A stretch of DNA of 64,000 nucleotides. It comes from an uncultured Aliarcobacter sp. (GTDB lineage Bacteria > Campylobacterota > Campylobacteria > Campylobacterales > Arcobacteraceae). This document shows, in pieces, positions 51,727-62,080 of this stretch (positions within the stretch are counted from its first letter, which is position 1; every line of letters begins with the position of its first letter). Made by a program: the position numbers and the translations under genes. The stretch covers positions 576,001 to 640,000 of the forward strand of contig CAXXLV010000001.1 in assembly GCA_963664305.2 (NCBI GenBank), given 5' to 3'. Below the pieces are notes generated by a model, which was not told the DNA's origin, did not search any database, and worked only from the letters and a program-made list of their open reading frames with translations.

Positions 51727-52746
51727 CTACTCAGCCAAATCTATATTTATACCTTGTTTTAAAAGTTCATCTTGTCTAACTTTTAAATAATCCAAATAAC
51801 TTTTTGGATATTTCTCATAAAATTTTCCACTTACATATCTAAGTATTTCTTTAAAATGGAATGGATAAAGAAGTGCATCAATAGTTGATATTAATTTTTT
51901 ATTATCATATAGTAAAACACCTGGTCTATAATCTAAATTGATTTTTTGTGCCCACTCTTTTGGTGTAGTTTTGTTTCCATCAACATCAATTATCTCTTTT
52001 GTACTATTCGCATCTAGTCTTACAACAGTGAATTTTTTGAATTCACCTATCACATCTTTATTCTTTAAAACTTTTTCATTAAAATAGTCACATTGAGTAC
52101 AACTTCCATCTTCAAAAATCACAGCAAGTGGTGAAGATATTTTTGATAAATCATTTATATTTTTAAACATTTTATTCTCTTTAAATGTATAAAGAGTTTG
52201 TTTTTCAATTTTATTTACATACTCTGTTAAAGTCATGTTTTTATAATGTTCACCTTGAACATATTCTAAAATATATTTAAAATCACTTGAACTTCTATAT
52301 CCATTTACTCTTACAACTATCTCTTTATTCTCATTGAAAAATAAAATAGTTGGACTGTATTGGATTTCTAATTTTGTTGCTAACTCTTTTTCTGTTAATG
52401 TAGTATCATCAATCCAAGTAACTTCTCTACTACCTTTTACATTTAATTCAATTACGTCAAAATATTTTTTTATAAATTCACTTGTTTTATTCTCTTTTAT
52501 AAAATTTTCTTTTAACATTTTTGCACAATAAGGGCAACCTTCTAAATCAAGAAATATCATATAGTGTCTATTTTTAGATTTTGCCTCTTCTATATCTTCA
52601 TTTATATCTAAAAAACTCTCTTTAAACCAACTTGGTATTTCATGCATTGTTCCACCTACAATTTTTCCTTCTTGTGCATTTATATTCATACTAAAAAATG
52701 CAGATAGAAAGAAAAATATGATAACTCTTTTAAATGATACTTTCAT
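51727..52746 (-). CDS. Exported double thioredoxin-fold protein (SoxW-like)
   Basis: Signal peptide; PSWFKESFLD, CPYC, and a second domain with CTQC. Confidence 0.8.
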   Translation of the reverse strand: MKVSFKRVIIFFFLSAFFSMNINAQEGKIVGGTMHEIPSWFKESFLDINEDIEEAKSKNRHYMIFLDLEGCPYCAKMLKENFIKENKTSEFIKKYFDVIELNVKGSREVTWIDDTTLTEKELATKLEIQYSPTILFFNENKEIVVRVNGYRSSSDFKYILEYVQGEHYKNMTLTEYVNKIEKQTLYTFKENKMFKNINDLSKISSPLAVIFEDGSCTQCDYFNEKVLKNKDVIGEFKKFTVVRLDANSTKEIIDVDGNKTTPKEWAQKINLDYRPGVLLYDNKKLISTIDALLYPFHFKEILRYVSGKFYEKYPKSYLDYLKVRQDELLKQGINIDLAE

Positions 52747-52941
52747 AATTTTTCCTTATTAAATTTTTTGTAGATTTTATTAAATTAAACATTAATATCC
52801 CAAAAATATTTTCTAATCAAATAAATTTATCTTTATTTTTTCCTTATTAGATACAATTTTGTAATTTTAAGGCTTTTATTTATTTTATTTTTATAAAATA
52901 AAACTAATTTTAATAATTTATTTTTTTTAAAGGTTTATAAT

Positions 52942-53775
52942 ATGCAAGTTTATTTATATGCAAAAAGTGGTCATACAGTTGGTCTTGAAGCAACAAAAAG
53001 ATGTGCAGCAGTTGCAAATGCACTAAAAGAATTTAATCCTATTTTATGTACAAGTGATTTTAGAGCTGGAGCTTTTGCAAAAGAGAATTTAGAAGTAAAA
53101 AAATATGTAAATATTGATGTTTTAAGAAATCTTACAAATATTATGCAAAGAAATGATATTTTGATTTTTGACTCAAAAGAAGCAAATGACGATATGAAAT
53201 CTGAAATGAAACAGTTTTGTTCTTTACTTTATGAAATTGGAACAGATATAAATGAAGTTATTGTTGATACAACTTTATATACAAAAGTTACTAATCCTTC
53301 AATTGAAAAAACTCTTTTTTTTGGTGATGATGATTACAACAATTTACTATTAGATATGATAAAAGATTCAGACAATAAAATCTCTCTTTTAATGGGACAT
53401 TACTTCTTTTTGGGAAATGAAAAAATATTTAAAAATCATTTTTCTGAAGTTATAGATGAAGAAGAGTATGTTTCTACAATCCAAAATTCAAAATATCTTT
53501 TAACTGCATCTTTACAAACAGTTTTTGAATCTTTAGCTTGTGGAAATTATCCAGTTTTATTTAAAAGAATTGATAAAGAGTATAATGATAAACTTATATC
53601 AAAATATAATATTCCTGTGATTAACTATACAAATATAGATGATTTGATTAAGAACTTTGAAAATCTTATAAAAGATTATCCTCTTATCAATAATTTTGAG
53701 ATAACTTCACTTGATAATGTGATTTCAGAAATAAAACAAAAAATTGAATTATTTAATAAATTAACTCAACTATAA
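52942..53775 (+). CDS. Hypothetical protein, possibly a degenerate PseG/SpsG-like GT-B fold
   Basis: ORF with AAAGG SD; fold call rests on by-eye motif similarity only. Confidence 0.6.
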   Translation: MQVYLYAKSGHTVGLEATKRCAAVANALKEFNPILCTSDFRAGAFAKENLEVKKYVNIDVLRNLTNIMQRNDILIFDSKEANDDMKSEMKQFCSLLYEIGTDINEVIVDTTLYTKVTNPSIEKTLFFGDDDYNNLLLDMIKDSDNKISLLMGHYFFLGNEKIFKNHFSEVIDEEEYVSTIQNSKYLLTASLQTVFESLACGNYPVLFKRIDKEYNDKLISKYNIPVINYTNIDDLIKNFENLIKDYPLINNFEITSLDNVISEIKQKIELFNKLTQL

Positions 53776-53877
53776 TAAACCTCAAATATTTATATATAAT
53801 TAAATCTTATAATTATTTATGCAAATCATAAGGTTGATTTATATAAAATTTTAAAAAAGAATCACAAAGGTTTTAAA

Positions 53878-55260
53878 ATGAAAGAGGAAAATGAGTTTCT
53901 AAAAAAAACTCCATTTAGAATTAGAAGATATTACGGTTATGTGATTGCAAGTGTTATTGCATTAAGTTTACCATTTATAAAAATTAATGGTAATCAAATT
54001 TTTTTATTATCTTTTGATAAAAAACAATTACATCTTTTAGGTACTGCATTTGATATGCAAGAATTATATTTAATGCCATTTTTATTAATGCTTTTATTTC
54101 TTGGTATTTTTGCAGTTACATCTTTAGGTGGTAGAGCTTGGTGTGGTTGGGCATGCCCACAAACTATATTTAGAGTTATTTATAGAGATTTAATTGAATC
54201 AAAACTTTTAGGTTTAAGAAGAATCAAAAATAAACAAAAAGAGCCAGATTGGTCAAAAGCAGAAAATAAAACTAAGAAAGTGATTGGTATCATTATCTGG
54301 GCATGTTTAGCTCTTATTGCTGCATCTGATTTTATGTGGTACTTTGTTCCTCCTGAAGATTTCTTCGCATATTTACAAAATCCTACTGAACATATGTTTT
54401 TAATTGGTTTTGTTTTATGTATAGCTGGATTTTTAGTTTATGACGTTGTTTTTCTTAAAGAAGATTTTTGTGTTTATATTTGTCCTTATTCAAGGGTTCA
54501 ATCTGTTTTATATGATAATGATACATATCAAGCGATTTACTCTACAAATAGAGGTGGTCAAATCTATAATGAAAATAAAGAAAAAATCATTTTTAAAGCA
54601 AAAGATTTACCGCAAGCTTCAAATGAGTGTACAACATGTGAATCATGTGTAACAGTATGTCCTACACATATTGATATTAGAAAAGGTTTACAACTTGAGT
54701 GTATCAACTGTTTAGAGTGTGTTGATGCATGTACTACAGTTATGGGTAAACTTGGAAAACCTTCTCTTGTTCAATGGTCAAGTACTAATGCAATCAAAAA
54801 TGATGTACCAACAAAAATGATTAGAAAATCAACTGTAATGTACTTTATTGCTTTAGTAGTAGTAATTGGTCTTTTATTTGTTATGGGTGGTGAAAAAGAG
54901 AATATGCTTTTAAATGTAAATAAAACTACTGAATTATATAAAGTAAAAGAGGATAAAGTTGTTGCAAATAATTTTGTATTACTTTTCCAAAATACAGAAT
55001 CAATTCCTTTAACTTACGTATTAGAAATTGTTGATAATCCTGATATTAAAATCACAAGATTTGAACCATTTACATTAAGCCCTGGAAAACTTGCTAAAAA
55101 AGTAGTTATTTTAGAAACTGACAAAATTTTAGTTAGTGATAATACAAAAGATACACCAATAACTATTACATTAAAAGCTTATGCTAAAGAAGACCCAGAA
55201 AAGGTAAAAGTATTTAGAAAAGCTGTATTTATCTATCCAAGATTAGATAAACTTCAATAA
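53878..55260 (+). CDS. ccoG: cbb3 oxidase accessory protein CcoG/FixG
   Basis: GRAWCGWACPQT, CVYICPY, CTTCESCVTVCP, CINCLECVDAC. Confidence 0.95.
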   Translation: MKEENEFLKKTPFRIRRYYGYVIASVIALSLPFIKINGNQIFLLSFDKKQLHLLGTAFDMQELYLMPFLLMLLFLGIFAVTSLGGRAWCGWACPQTIFRVIYRDLIESKLLGLRRIKNKQKEPDWSKAENKTKKVIGIIIWACLALIAASDFMWYFVPPEDFFAYLQNPTEHMFLIGFVLCIAGFLVYDVVFLKEDFCVYICPYSRVQSVLYDNDTYQAIYSTNRGGQIYNENKEKIIFKAKDLPQASNECTTCESCVTVCPTHIDIRKGLQLECINCLECVDACTTVMGKLGKPSLVQWSSTNAIKNDVPTKMIRKSTVMYFIALVVVIGLLFVMGGEKENMLLNVNKTTELYKVKEDKVVANNFVLLFQNTESIPLTYVLEIVDNPDIKITRFEPFTLSPGKLAKKVVILETDKILVSDNTKDTPITITLKAYAKEDPEKVKVFRKAVFIYPRLDKLQ

Positions 55261-55266
55261 TCCTTT

Positions 55267-55293
55267 ATGAGATAAGATGACCTCTTATCTCAT
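55267..55293 (+). terminator. Hairpin after ccoG
   Basis: ATGAGATAAGA-tgacc-TCTTATCTCAT, 11-bp stem. Confidence 0.65.
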
Positions 55294-55319
55294 TCAATTA
55301 ACTTACTTATCAACAAAAC

Positions 55320-55330
55320 TTAGATACAAT
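55320..55330 (+). promoter_or_regulatory. Putative sigma70 -10 of pyrG
   Basis: TTAGATACAAT about 41 bp before the ATG; GGAG SD follows. Confidence 0.5.
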
Positions 55331-55371
55331 CGCGATTATATATTTATTAACAATTTTATGGAGTAATTTTT

Positions 55372-56988
55372 ATGACAAAATTCATTTTTGTAACGGGTGG
55401 AGTACTTAGTTCATTAGGAAAAGGTATAACTTCTGCTTCTATTGCAACAATATTAAAACAATCAGGCTTTAAAGTAAGTATGCTTAAAATTGACCCGTAC
55501 TTAAATGTAGACCCAGGAACAATGAGTCCACTTGAGCACGGAGAAGTTTTTGTTACTGCTGATGGTGCTGAGACAGACTTAGATTTAGGAAACTATGAAA
55601 GATTTATTGATAAAACTCTAACAGCAAAAAACTCTTTTACAACTGGTCAAGTTTATCAAAGCGTAATTAAAAGAGAAAGAGAAGGTGGATATTTAGGTAA
55701 AACTATCCAAGTTATTCCTCATGTTGTTGATGAAATTAAAGAAAGAATTTATGCAGCTGCTGATGAAAATGATTTTTTAATCATTGAACTTGGTGGAACA
55801 GTTGGAGATATCGAAGGTTTACCATTTATGGAAGCTATTCGAGCAATAAGACACGAACAACCAAAAACAAATACAATGAATATTCATGTAAGTTTAGTTC
55901 CATATATTAGAGCTGCTGGTGAATTAAAAACAAAACCAACTCAACATTCTGTTCAAGAATTAAGAAGAATTGGTATTACTCCTCACATGTTAGTTTGTAG
56001 AACTGAAAAAGAATTACCAAAAAATTTAAAAGATAAATTAGCATTATCTTGTGATATTGATAGAAATGCTGTTATTGAAGCTGGAGATGCACAATCAATT
56101 TATCAAGTGCCACTTCATTTTATCAAAGAGGGAATTTTAAATCCTTTATCAGAACATTTTAATATTAAAATAAAACCAAATATGGAAAAATGGGATACTT
56201 TAGTAAAAAATATCTTAGTTCCTCAAGATGAAGTTACTATTGCATTTGTAGGTAAATATTTAGGTTTAAAAGAATCTTATAAATCATTAATTGAAGCATT
56301 AATCCATGCTGGAGCTCACTTAAATACAAAAGTTAATATTCACTGGTGTGATAGTGAAAGAATAGAAGATTCTGGTGTTTATGAAATAATAGGAAATGCT
56401 GATGGTATTTTAGTTGCTGGTGGTTTTGGACACAGAGGTGTTAAAGGAAAACTTGAAGCAATTAAATATGCAAGAGAAAATAAAATACCTTACTTAGGAA
56501 TTTGTTTAGGAATGCAACTTTCAATCATTGAATATGCAAGAAATGTTTTAGGTATTGAAGATGCAAACTCTATTGAATTTGATCCAGAAACAAAAAATCC
56601 ATTAATCTACTTAATAGATGAATTTATCGACCAAAGTGGAAATAAACAACTAAGAACTCATGAATCACCAATGGGTGGAACAATGAGATTAGGTGAGTAT
56701 CCATTTGAGCCATTAAAAGGTTCAAAATTACAAAAAGCATATGGAAATGATGAAGTATATTATGAAAGACATAGACATAGATATGAAGCAAATCCAAAAT
56801 ATAAAGAACAATTAGAAGCTGCTGGTATGATTATTTCAGGACAATCAAATGGACTAATTGAAGCAGTTGAAATAAAAGAACATCCTTGGTTTGTAGGAGT
56901 TCAATTCCATCCAGAATTTACTTCACACTTAGAAACACCAAATCCAATTATTTTAGAGTTTGTAACACAAGCAAATAAATCAAAATAA
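55372..56988 (+). CDS. pyrG: CTP synthase
   Basis: [33 protein letters not shown]. Confidence 0.99.
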   Translation: MTKFIFVTGGVLSSLGKGITSASIATILKQSGFKVSMLKIDPYLNVDPGTMSPLEHGEVFVTADGAETDLDLGNYERFIDKTLTAKNSFTTGQVYQSVIKREREGGYLGKTIQVIPHVVDEIKERIYAAADENDFLIIELGGTVGDIEGLPFMEAIRAIRHEQPKTNTMNIHVSLVPYIRAAGELKTKPTQHSVQELRRIGITPHMLVCRTEKELPKNLKDKLALSCDIDRNAVIEAGDAQSIYQVPLHFIKEGILNPLSEHFNIKIKPNMEKWDTLVKNILVPQDEVTIAFVGKYLGLKESYKSLIEALIHAGAHLNTKVNIHWCDSERIEDSGVYEIIGNADGILVAGGFGHRGVKGKLEAIKYARENKIPYLGICLGMQLSIIEYARNVLGIEDANSIEFDPETKNPLIYLIDEFIDQSGNKQLRTHESPMGGTMRLGEYPFEPLKGSKLQKAYGNDEVYYERHRHRYEANPKYKEQLEAAGMIISGQSNGLIEAVEIKEHPWFVGVQFHPEFTSHLETPNPIILEFVTQANKSK

Positions 56989-58553
56989 TGTCTAAAATAA
57001 CAAAGAATAGACTTTTTGAATTACTTTCTGCAAGGCATTTGAATAATCCTTATTCAAAACTTGCAGATATTCCAAGTCCTACAAATTTCAAAGATATTGA
57101 TATCGCTTGTAAAAGAATAAAAAAAGCTATTCTTGAAAAAGAAACCATCACAATAGTTGGTGATTATGATGTTGATGGTGTAATCTCAACTACAATTATG
57201 CTAGATTTTTTCAAAACTATCAATGTAAAAGTAAATCATATTATTCCAAATAGATTCGAGCATGGTTATGGATTATCTACAAAAATTGTTGATATGATTA
57301 ATGAAGGCTTAGTAATAACAGTTGATAATGGTATTTCAGCTTATGACGCCTCTTTAAAATTAAAAGAAAAAAATATAGATTTAATTATCACTGACCACCA
57401 CACTGTTGGCGATAAAATTCCTTATGCACTTGCAATTATCAACCCAAAACAAAAAGATTGTAATTTTGAATTCAAAGATATTTGTGGTGCACAAGTTGCT
57501 TGGTATTTATGTGCAGCCATAAAAAAAGAGATGAATTTAGATGTAAATATGGGCGACTACCTTGATTTACTTTGTGTTGCAATAATTGCTGATATTATGC
57601 CAATGACTACACTTAATTACACTATTGTAAAACAAGGTTTAAAAAAAATAAAATCATCATCAAGAGAAGCATTTAAAATATTAAATGAAATCATGTCAAA
57701 AAAGTCACTTGTATCAGATGATGTTGGATTCTTTATTGCACCAAAACTAAATAGTGCAGGAAGAATGGATGATGCAAGTATTGCATTGGAATTTTTATTA
57801 TCAGAAAATCCACAAAATGCAAATGAAACTCTCTCTTTGTTAGATGAACTAAATAATTATAGAAAAACTTTACAAGAAGAGATCTCTAGAAAAGCTGACT
57901 CTAAAACAAATAAAGATGATAATGCAGTTGTTGTTTGGGGAGAAAATTGGCATGAAGGTGTGATAGGAATTGTTGCTTCTAAACTATCTAATTCACATAA
58001 AAAACCAGCTTTCATCTTTTCAATTCATAATGGAATCGCAAAAGGTAGTGCAAGAGCAAATGCTGATGTAAATCTTTATGATTTAATCACAAAAGCTAGT
58101 CATTTGTTACTTGGTTATGGTGGACATAAAAATGCTGCTGGATTATCATTAAAAGAAGAGAATTTAGAAGAATTCAAATCAATTATAAATAAAGAGTTAG
58201 AAAATTATAAAGAAAACTTACATATCGAACCTATTACATTAGGTGAATTAGATGTTGCATCAGTTGATTTAGAATTTTTATCTATAATAGAACAATTTGA
58301 ACCTTATGGATTAGAAAATCATAGACCAATTTTTAAGATATCTAATACTTCTTTAATAAAATATGATTTAATTGGAAAAGATAAAAATCATTTAAAATTA
58401 ACTCTAAATAGTGATGGAGTGATTTTTGAAGCTTTAAAATTTAATGACTCAAATATTAATTTTTCTAAGAATTTTGATTTAATAGTTTCAATAGCAAAAA
58501 ATGAGTTTAGAGGAGAAGTTACTCCCCAATTTTTAATACAAGATATTTTATAA
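56988..58553 (+). CDS. recJ: Single-stranded-DNA exonuclease RecJ
   Basis: GDYDVDG, TVDNG, TDHH, GGHKNAAG. Confidence 0.95.
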   Translation: MSKITKNRLFELLSARHLNNPYSKLADIPSPTNFKDIDIACKRIKKAILEKETITIVGDYDVDGVISTTIMLDFFKTINVKVNHIIPNRFEHGYGLSTKIVDMINEGLVITVDNGISAYDASLKLKEKNIDLIITDHHTVGDKIPYALAIINPKQKDCNFEFKDICGAQVAWYLCAAIKKEMNLDVNMGDYLDLLCVAIIADIMPMTTLNYTIVKQGLKKIKSSSREAFKILNEIMSKKSLVSDDVGFFIAPKLNSAGRMDDASIALEFLLSENPQNANETLSLLDELNNYRKTLQEEISRKADSKTNKDDNAVVVWGENWHEGVIGIVASKLSNSHKKPAFIFSIHNGIAKGSARANADVNLYDLITKASHLLLGYGGHKNAAGLSLKEENLEEFKSIINKELENYKENLHIEPITLGELDVASVDLEFLSIIEQFEPYGLENHRPIFKISNTSLIKYDLIGKDKNHLKLTLNSDGVIFEALKFNDSNINFSKNFDLIVSIAKNEFRGEVTPQFLIQDIL

Positions 58554-59150
58554 AACTAAAAAAGGTCTTTGAGCAGGTGGTGATGCTTTTTGATTAATGC
58601 CACCAGTGCTATTTCCTTCTAAACCTAAAATCTCATCATCAATATCTGTTCGTCCGTATGAAGAAGATAAAATATTTCCTGTTTGAATATCTATCAATCT
58701 AATAAATACATTTAAACTTCTAGATGAAATAGAGTATGTTCCAACAACTGCGTATTTAGATTTTACTTGATTTGTTACAATTCTATCTTTTTCTCTTGTT
58801 AATAGATTAAATCCTGATGGTCCGAATTCAAACTCTTTTCCTAGTTCAATCTCTTTTACAATAATATCAAGTGAAGATAGTTTATCTTTTAACATACTTG
58901 AAAGTAAGAAACCTAATTGTGATCTATTTTTTAATTTATCAAGATTTACAAAATCTGAAACTAAAACAACTTCTCCAACAGAAACATTCTTTTTGATTTT
59001 ATTAGCTGAATCATCAACCATTCCAGAAATCAATGAATGAAAATTTGTAGAACCACTTATTGGATTTTTATAAGCACAAGAGTTTAAAAAAAGTGTTAAG
59101 AAAATTGAAACAAAAAAAAGTTTCAAAATTCCTAATAATCTGTAAGACAT
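58548..59150 (-). CDS. FlgO-family outer-membrane lipoprotein, copy 1
   Basis: Lipobox LNSC; VLVSDFVNLDKL..SQLG, VVGTYS, RLIDIQTGNILSS. Confidence 0.78.
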   Translation of the reverse strand: MSYRLLGILKLFFVSIFLTLFLNSCAYKNPISGSTNFHSLISGMVDDSANKIKKNVSVGEVVLVSDFVNLDKLKNRSQLGFLLSSMLKDKLSSLDIIVKEIELGKEFEFGPSGFNLLTREKDRIVTNQVKSKYAVVGTYSISSRSLNVFIRLIDIQTGNILSSSYGRTDIDDEILGLEGNSTGGINQKASPPAQRPFLVL

Positions 59151-59153
59151 ATA

Positions 59154-59819
59154 TTATCGCTCTTTAATAATTTTTACAGTTCTTGCAGGTGCACAATCAC
59201 CAAACATCATACAATCATTTACTAAACCATGATGATATGTTGATCTTGCACTTGAAATAATCTTACCAGTAATATTATCAATTACTCTTGCATTTAAAAT
59301 CACTCTACCATTTTGTCTTGAATAAGTTCCAACAACAATATATGTACTAAGTGCTTGATTTTTTATTTCGTGGGGTTTTCTCGAGATAAAATATTCACCT
59401 TGATCATTTATAGAAACAGCCATCTGTCCTCTATATTCGATGATATTAAAACCTTTATTTGATAACTCATTGATTAAACTTTCACCAATAATTCTACCAA
59501 ATTCTGATGTTTCTTTTAACTTATCTAATCTAACAAATGATGTAATAAGTACTGGTTTATTAGTATCAAGTTTTTTATTTTGAGCTATTTGAGTTGAAAG
59601 AGATGCGATTGTTGCTTCTAAAGAGTTTTGCTCTGTCACATTTTTTTGCATATCTTCAGCAACTTCTAAATGCTGTTTTGCTGTTTGTACTTTACTATAT
59701 TCTCTAATAACATCATCACTAACTGCAGTATTTGAAACTATCTTTTTATATGAACAACCTGACATAAAAAGCATTAGTAAAGTTGCTAAAATACTTATTC
59801 TAGAAACATTTTTAAACAT
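59154..59819 (-). CDS. FlgO-family outer-membrane lipoprotein, copy 2
   Basis: Lipobox MSGC; VLITSFVRLDKL..SEFGR, GEYFISR, IVVGTYS, ARVIDNITGKIISS. Confidence 0.8.
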   Translation of the reverse strand: MFKNVSRISILATLLMLFMSGCSYKKIVSNTAVSDDVIREYSKVQTAKQHLEVAEDMQKNVTEQNSLEATIASLSTQIAQNKKLDTNKPVLITSFVRLDKLKETSEFGRIIGESLINELSNKGFNIIEYRGQMAVSINDQGEYFISRKPHEIKNQALSTYIVVGTYSRQNGRVILNARVIDNITGKIISSARSTYHHGLVNDCMMFGDCAPARTVKIIKER

Positions 59820-59974
59820 AAAAACCCCTTTTTATAATTGGTTAGATTTTATTTAAAGTTTGCTTATATATCCTTGAATAATCAGCTTTTTAAAAGCTTT
59901 AAAATTATTATTTCTTTACAATTTTAAATTTCTTTGTATATAATGTTTACAATAATTTAAAAAGAGGTAATTAA

Positions 59975-60520
59975 ATGGCAAAAATTATAGTTCCTATTTC
60001 AAATGGTTTTGAAGAAATTGAAGCAATTTCAATTATTGATATTTGTAGACGTGCAAATATTGAAGTTACAATAGCAGGTGTTGAAAATATTCAAACTATT
60101 GGAGCACATAATATAAAAATTGAAGCTGATTGTAAAATTGAAAATATAAATTCTGATGATTTTGATATGATAGTTTTACCAGGTGGTCTTCCAAATGCTT
60201 ATACTCTGGCAAAAGATAAAAATGTTCAAAAATTACTAAAAGAATTTAAAGATAAAGATAAACATATTGGAGCTATTTGTGCTGCACCATTTGCACTTCA
60301 TGAAGCTGGTGTTTTAAATGAAAATTATACTTGTTATCCTAGTTTTGAACAAAAAATAAGATTAAATGGTTACCATAAAAAAGATTCAATTGTAATTGAT
60401 AATAATATAATAACTTCAAGAGGTCCAGCAACAGCAATGATTTTTGCACTTGAAATTGTAAATATTCTTTGTGGAGAAGAGACTTATTTAAATGTAAAAA
60501 ATGGTTTATTATTAAATTAA
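59975..60520 (+). CDS. DJ-1/PfpI family protein (YajL/ThiJ-like)
   Basis: GFEEIEA, VLPGG, AICAAP, TSRGPATA. Confidence 0.93.
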   Translation: MAKIIVPISNGFEEIEAISIIDICRRANIEVTIAGVENIQTIGAHNIKIEADCKIENINSDDFDMIVLPGGLPNAYTLAKDKNVQKLLKEFKDKDKHIGAICAAPFALHEAGVLNENYTCYPSFEQKIRLNGYHKKDSIVIDNNIITSRGPATAMIFALEIVNILCGEETYLNVKNGLLLN

Positions 60521-60558
60521 GAAATCAAATTGTAATAAAAAAGATTTAAAATGCTTTT

Positions 60559-61308
60559 ATGAAATATAAAAGCATTTTTATCTCCGACATACACTTAGGA
60601 ACTCGTTTTTCTAAAGCAAAAGTTCTTCTAAATTTTTTTAAACATAATGAGTGTGAACACCTGATTTTAGTTGGTGATATCATAGATGGTTGGGCAATAA
60701 AAAGGAAGTTAATCTGGCCACAAGAACACTCAGATGTTATTCAAAAAATTCTCAAAAAAGCAAGAAAAGGTACAAAGATTACATTTATTACTGGTAACCA
60801 TGATGAATTTTTAAGACCCTTTGTCCCTTTAGTTTTAGGTAACTCTATAAATATCTCTAATGAACTTGAATATGAAAGTATAAATGGAAAAAAATACTAT
60901 ATCACTCACGGTGACTTTTTCGATTCAATTACAATGACAAAAAAATGGTTAGCAGTATTGGGTGATTATGGATATGATTTACTGCTTCATTTAAACTCTG
61001 TTTTGAACTTTTTTAGAAAAAAATTTGGTATAAATAAATATTGGTCTTTATCAAAATATGTTAAAGACAGCGTTAAATCCTCAGTTTCTTTTATCAATGA
61101 CTTTGAACAAGTATTATCAAGTCATGCAAAAAATAAAGGTTATGATGGTATTATTTGTGGACATATTCATAAAGCAGAAATAAGATATATCAATGAAATT
61201 GAATATCTAAATTGTGGTGATTGGGTTGAATCTTGTACTGCAATTGTTGAAACTTTTGATGGAGAATTTAAAATTATTGATTGGTTAGATAAACATGAAT
61301 CAAAATAA
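60559..61308 (+). CDS. Calcineurin-like metallophosphoesterase, PlcP/LpxH2-like
   Basis: SDIHLG, GDIIDGW, GNHDEF, HGD, CGHIH, NCGDWVESCT. Confidence 0.85.
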   Translation: MKYKSIFISDIHLGTRFSKAKVLLNFFKHNECEHLILVGDIIDGWAIKRKLIWPQEHSDVIQKILKKARKGTKITFITGNHDEFLRPFVPLVLGNSINISNELEYESINGKKYYITHGDFFDSITMTKKWLAVLGDYGYDLLLHLNSVLNFFRKKFGINKYWSLSKYVKDSVKSSVSFINDFEQVLSSHAKNKGYDGIICGHIHKAEIRYINEIEYLNCGDWVESCTAIVETFDGEFKIIDWLDKHESK

Positions 61309-62056
61309 TATTGCATTTGTTCTAGGTGGTGGAGCTGCACGTGGAGCCTTTCATTTAGGGGTATTAGATTTTTGTGAACAACATAATATTGATATAAAAG
61401 CTTATAGTGGTTCTTCAATTGGAGCAATTATAAGTGCTTCTCATGCAAGTGGAATAAGAGCAAAAGAACAGTTAAAAATTTTTGCATCAAAAGATATAAA
61501 ACAAACTCTAAAATTTAATTTTTTTAGAAATGGTTTATTAAAAATTGACTCTTCAAATAAAATCATCAAAGAACTACTTCCAATTGAAAGACTTGAAGAT
61601 ATTCCAAAACCAGTTTATGTTTGTGCTTATGATGTAAAAAAAAATCAACTTCACTATTTTAATAGTGGTGACACAATTATTTTATGTATGGCATCAAGTG
61701 CATTAATTCCTTTGTTTAAGCCAGTTACTTATGAAAATATGTATTTAATTGATGGTGGTTTATTTGACAATTTACCTATTAAACCATTAGAAAATAAAGG
61801 TTATGAAATACATACTTTAGATTTATTTGCAAAAAATATAGATAATCCAAAAAAAAGAATAAGTCCAATAAAAAATGCAAAAAAAATTTTATTTAAACAA
61901 CTACACACAAATCATAAATATACAATAGAAAATACTAACCATTATATAGGAACACACCACATAAAAGAGTTTTCACTTTTTACTTTTAAAGAGATGCAAG
62001 AGTGTTTTAATCTTGGACTTAAAGAGGCTCAAAAACATTTTTTAGATATACTATAA
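61295..62056 (+). CDS. Patatin-like phospholipase
   Basis: GGGAARG, GSSIG (catalytic Ser), DGG. Confidence 0.92.
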   Translation: MNQNNIAFVLGGGAARGAFHLGVLDFCEQHNIDIKAYSGSSIGAIISASHASGIRAKEQLKIFASKDIKQTLKFNFFRNGLLKIDSSNKIIKELLPIERLEDIPKPVYVCAYDVKKNQLHYFNSGDTIILCMASSALIPLFKPVTYENMYLIDGGLFDNLPIKPLENKGYEIHTLDLFAKNIDNPKKRISPIKNAKKILFKQLHTNHKYTIENTNHYIGTHHIKEFSLFTFKEMQECFNLGLKEAQKHFLDIL

Positions 62057-62080
62057 ATAAAAAATACAAAGATTTATATT

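Noticed and set aside
60559..61308. Calling this gene lpxH
   Set aside because: GNHD rather than GNRD and PlcP-like flanking motifs; symbol withheld
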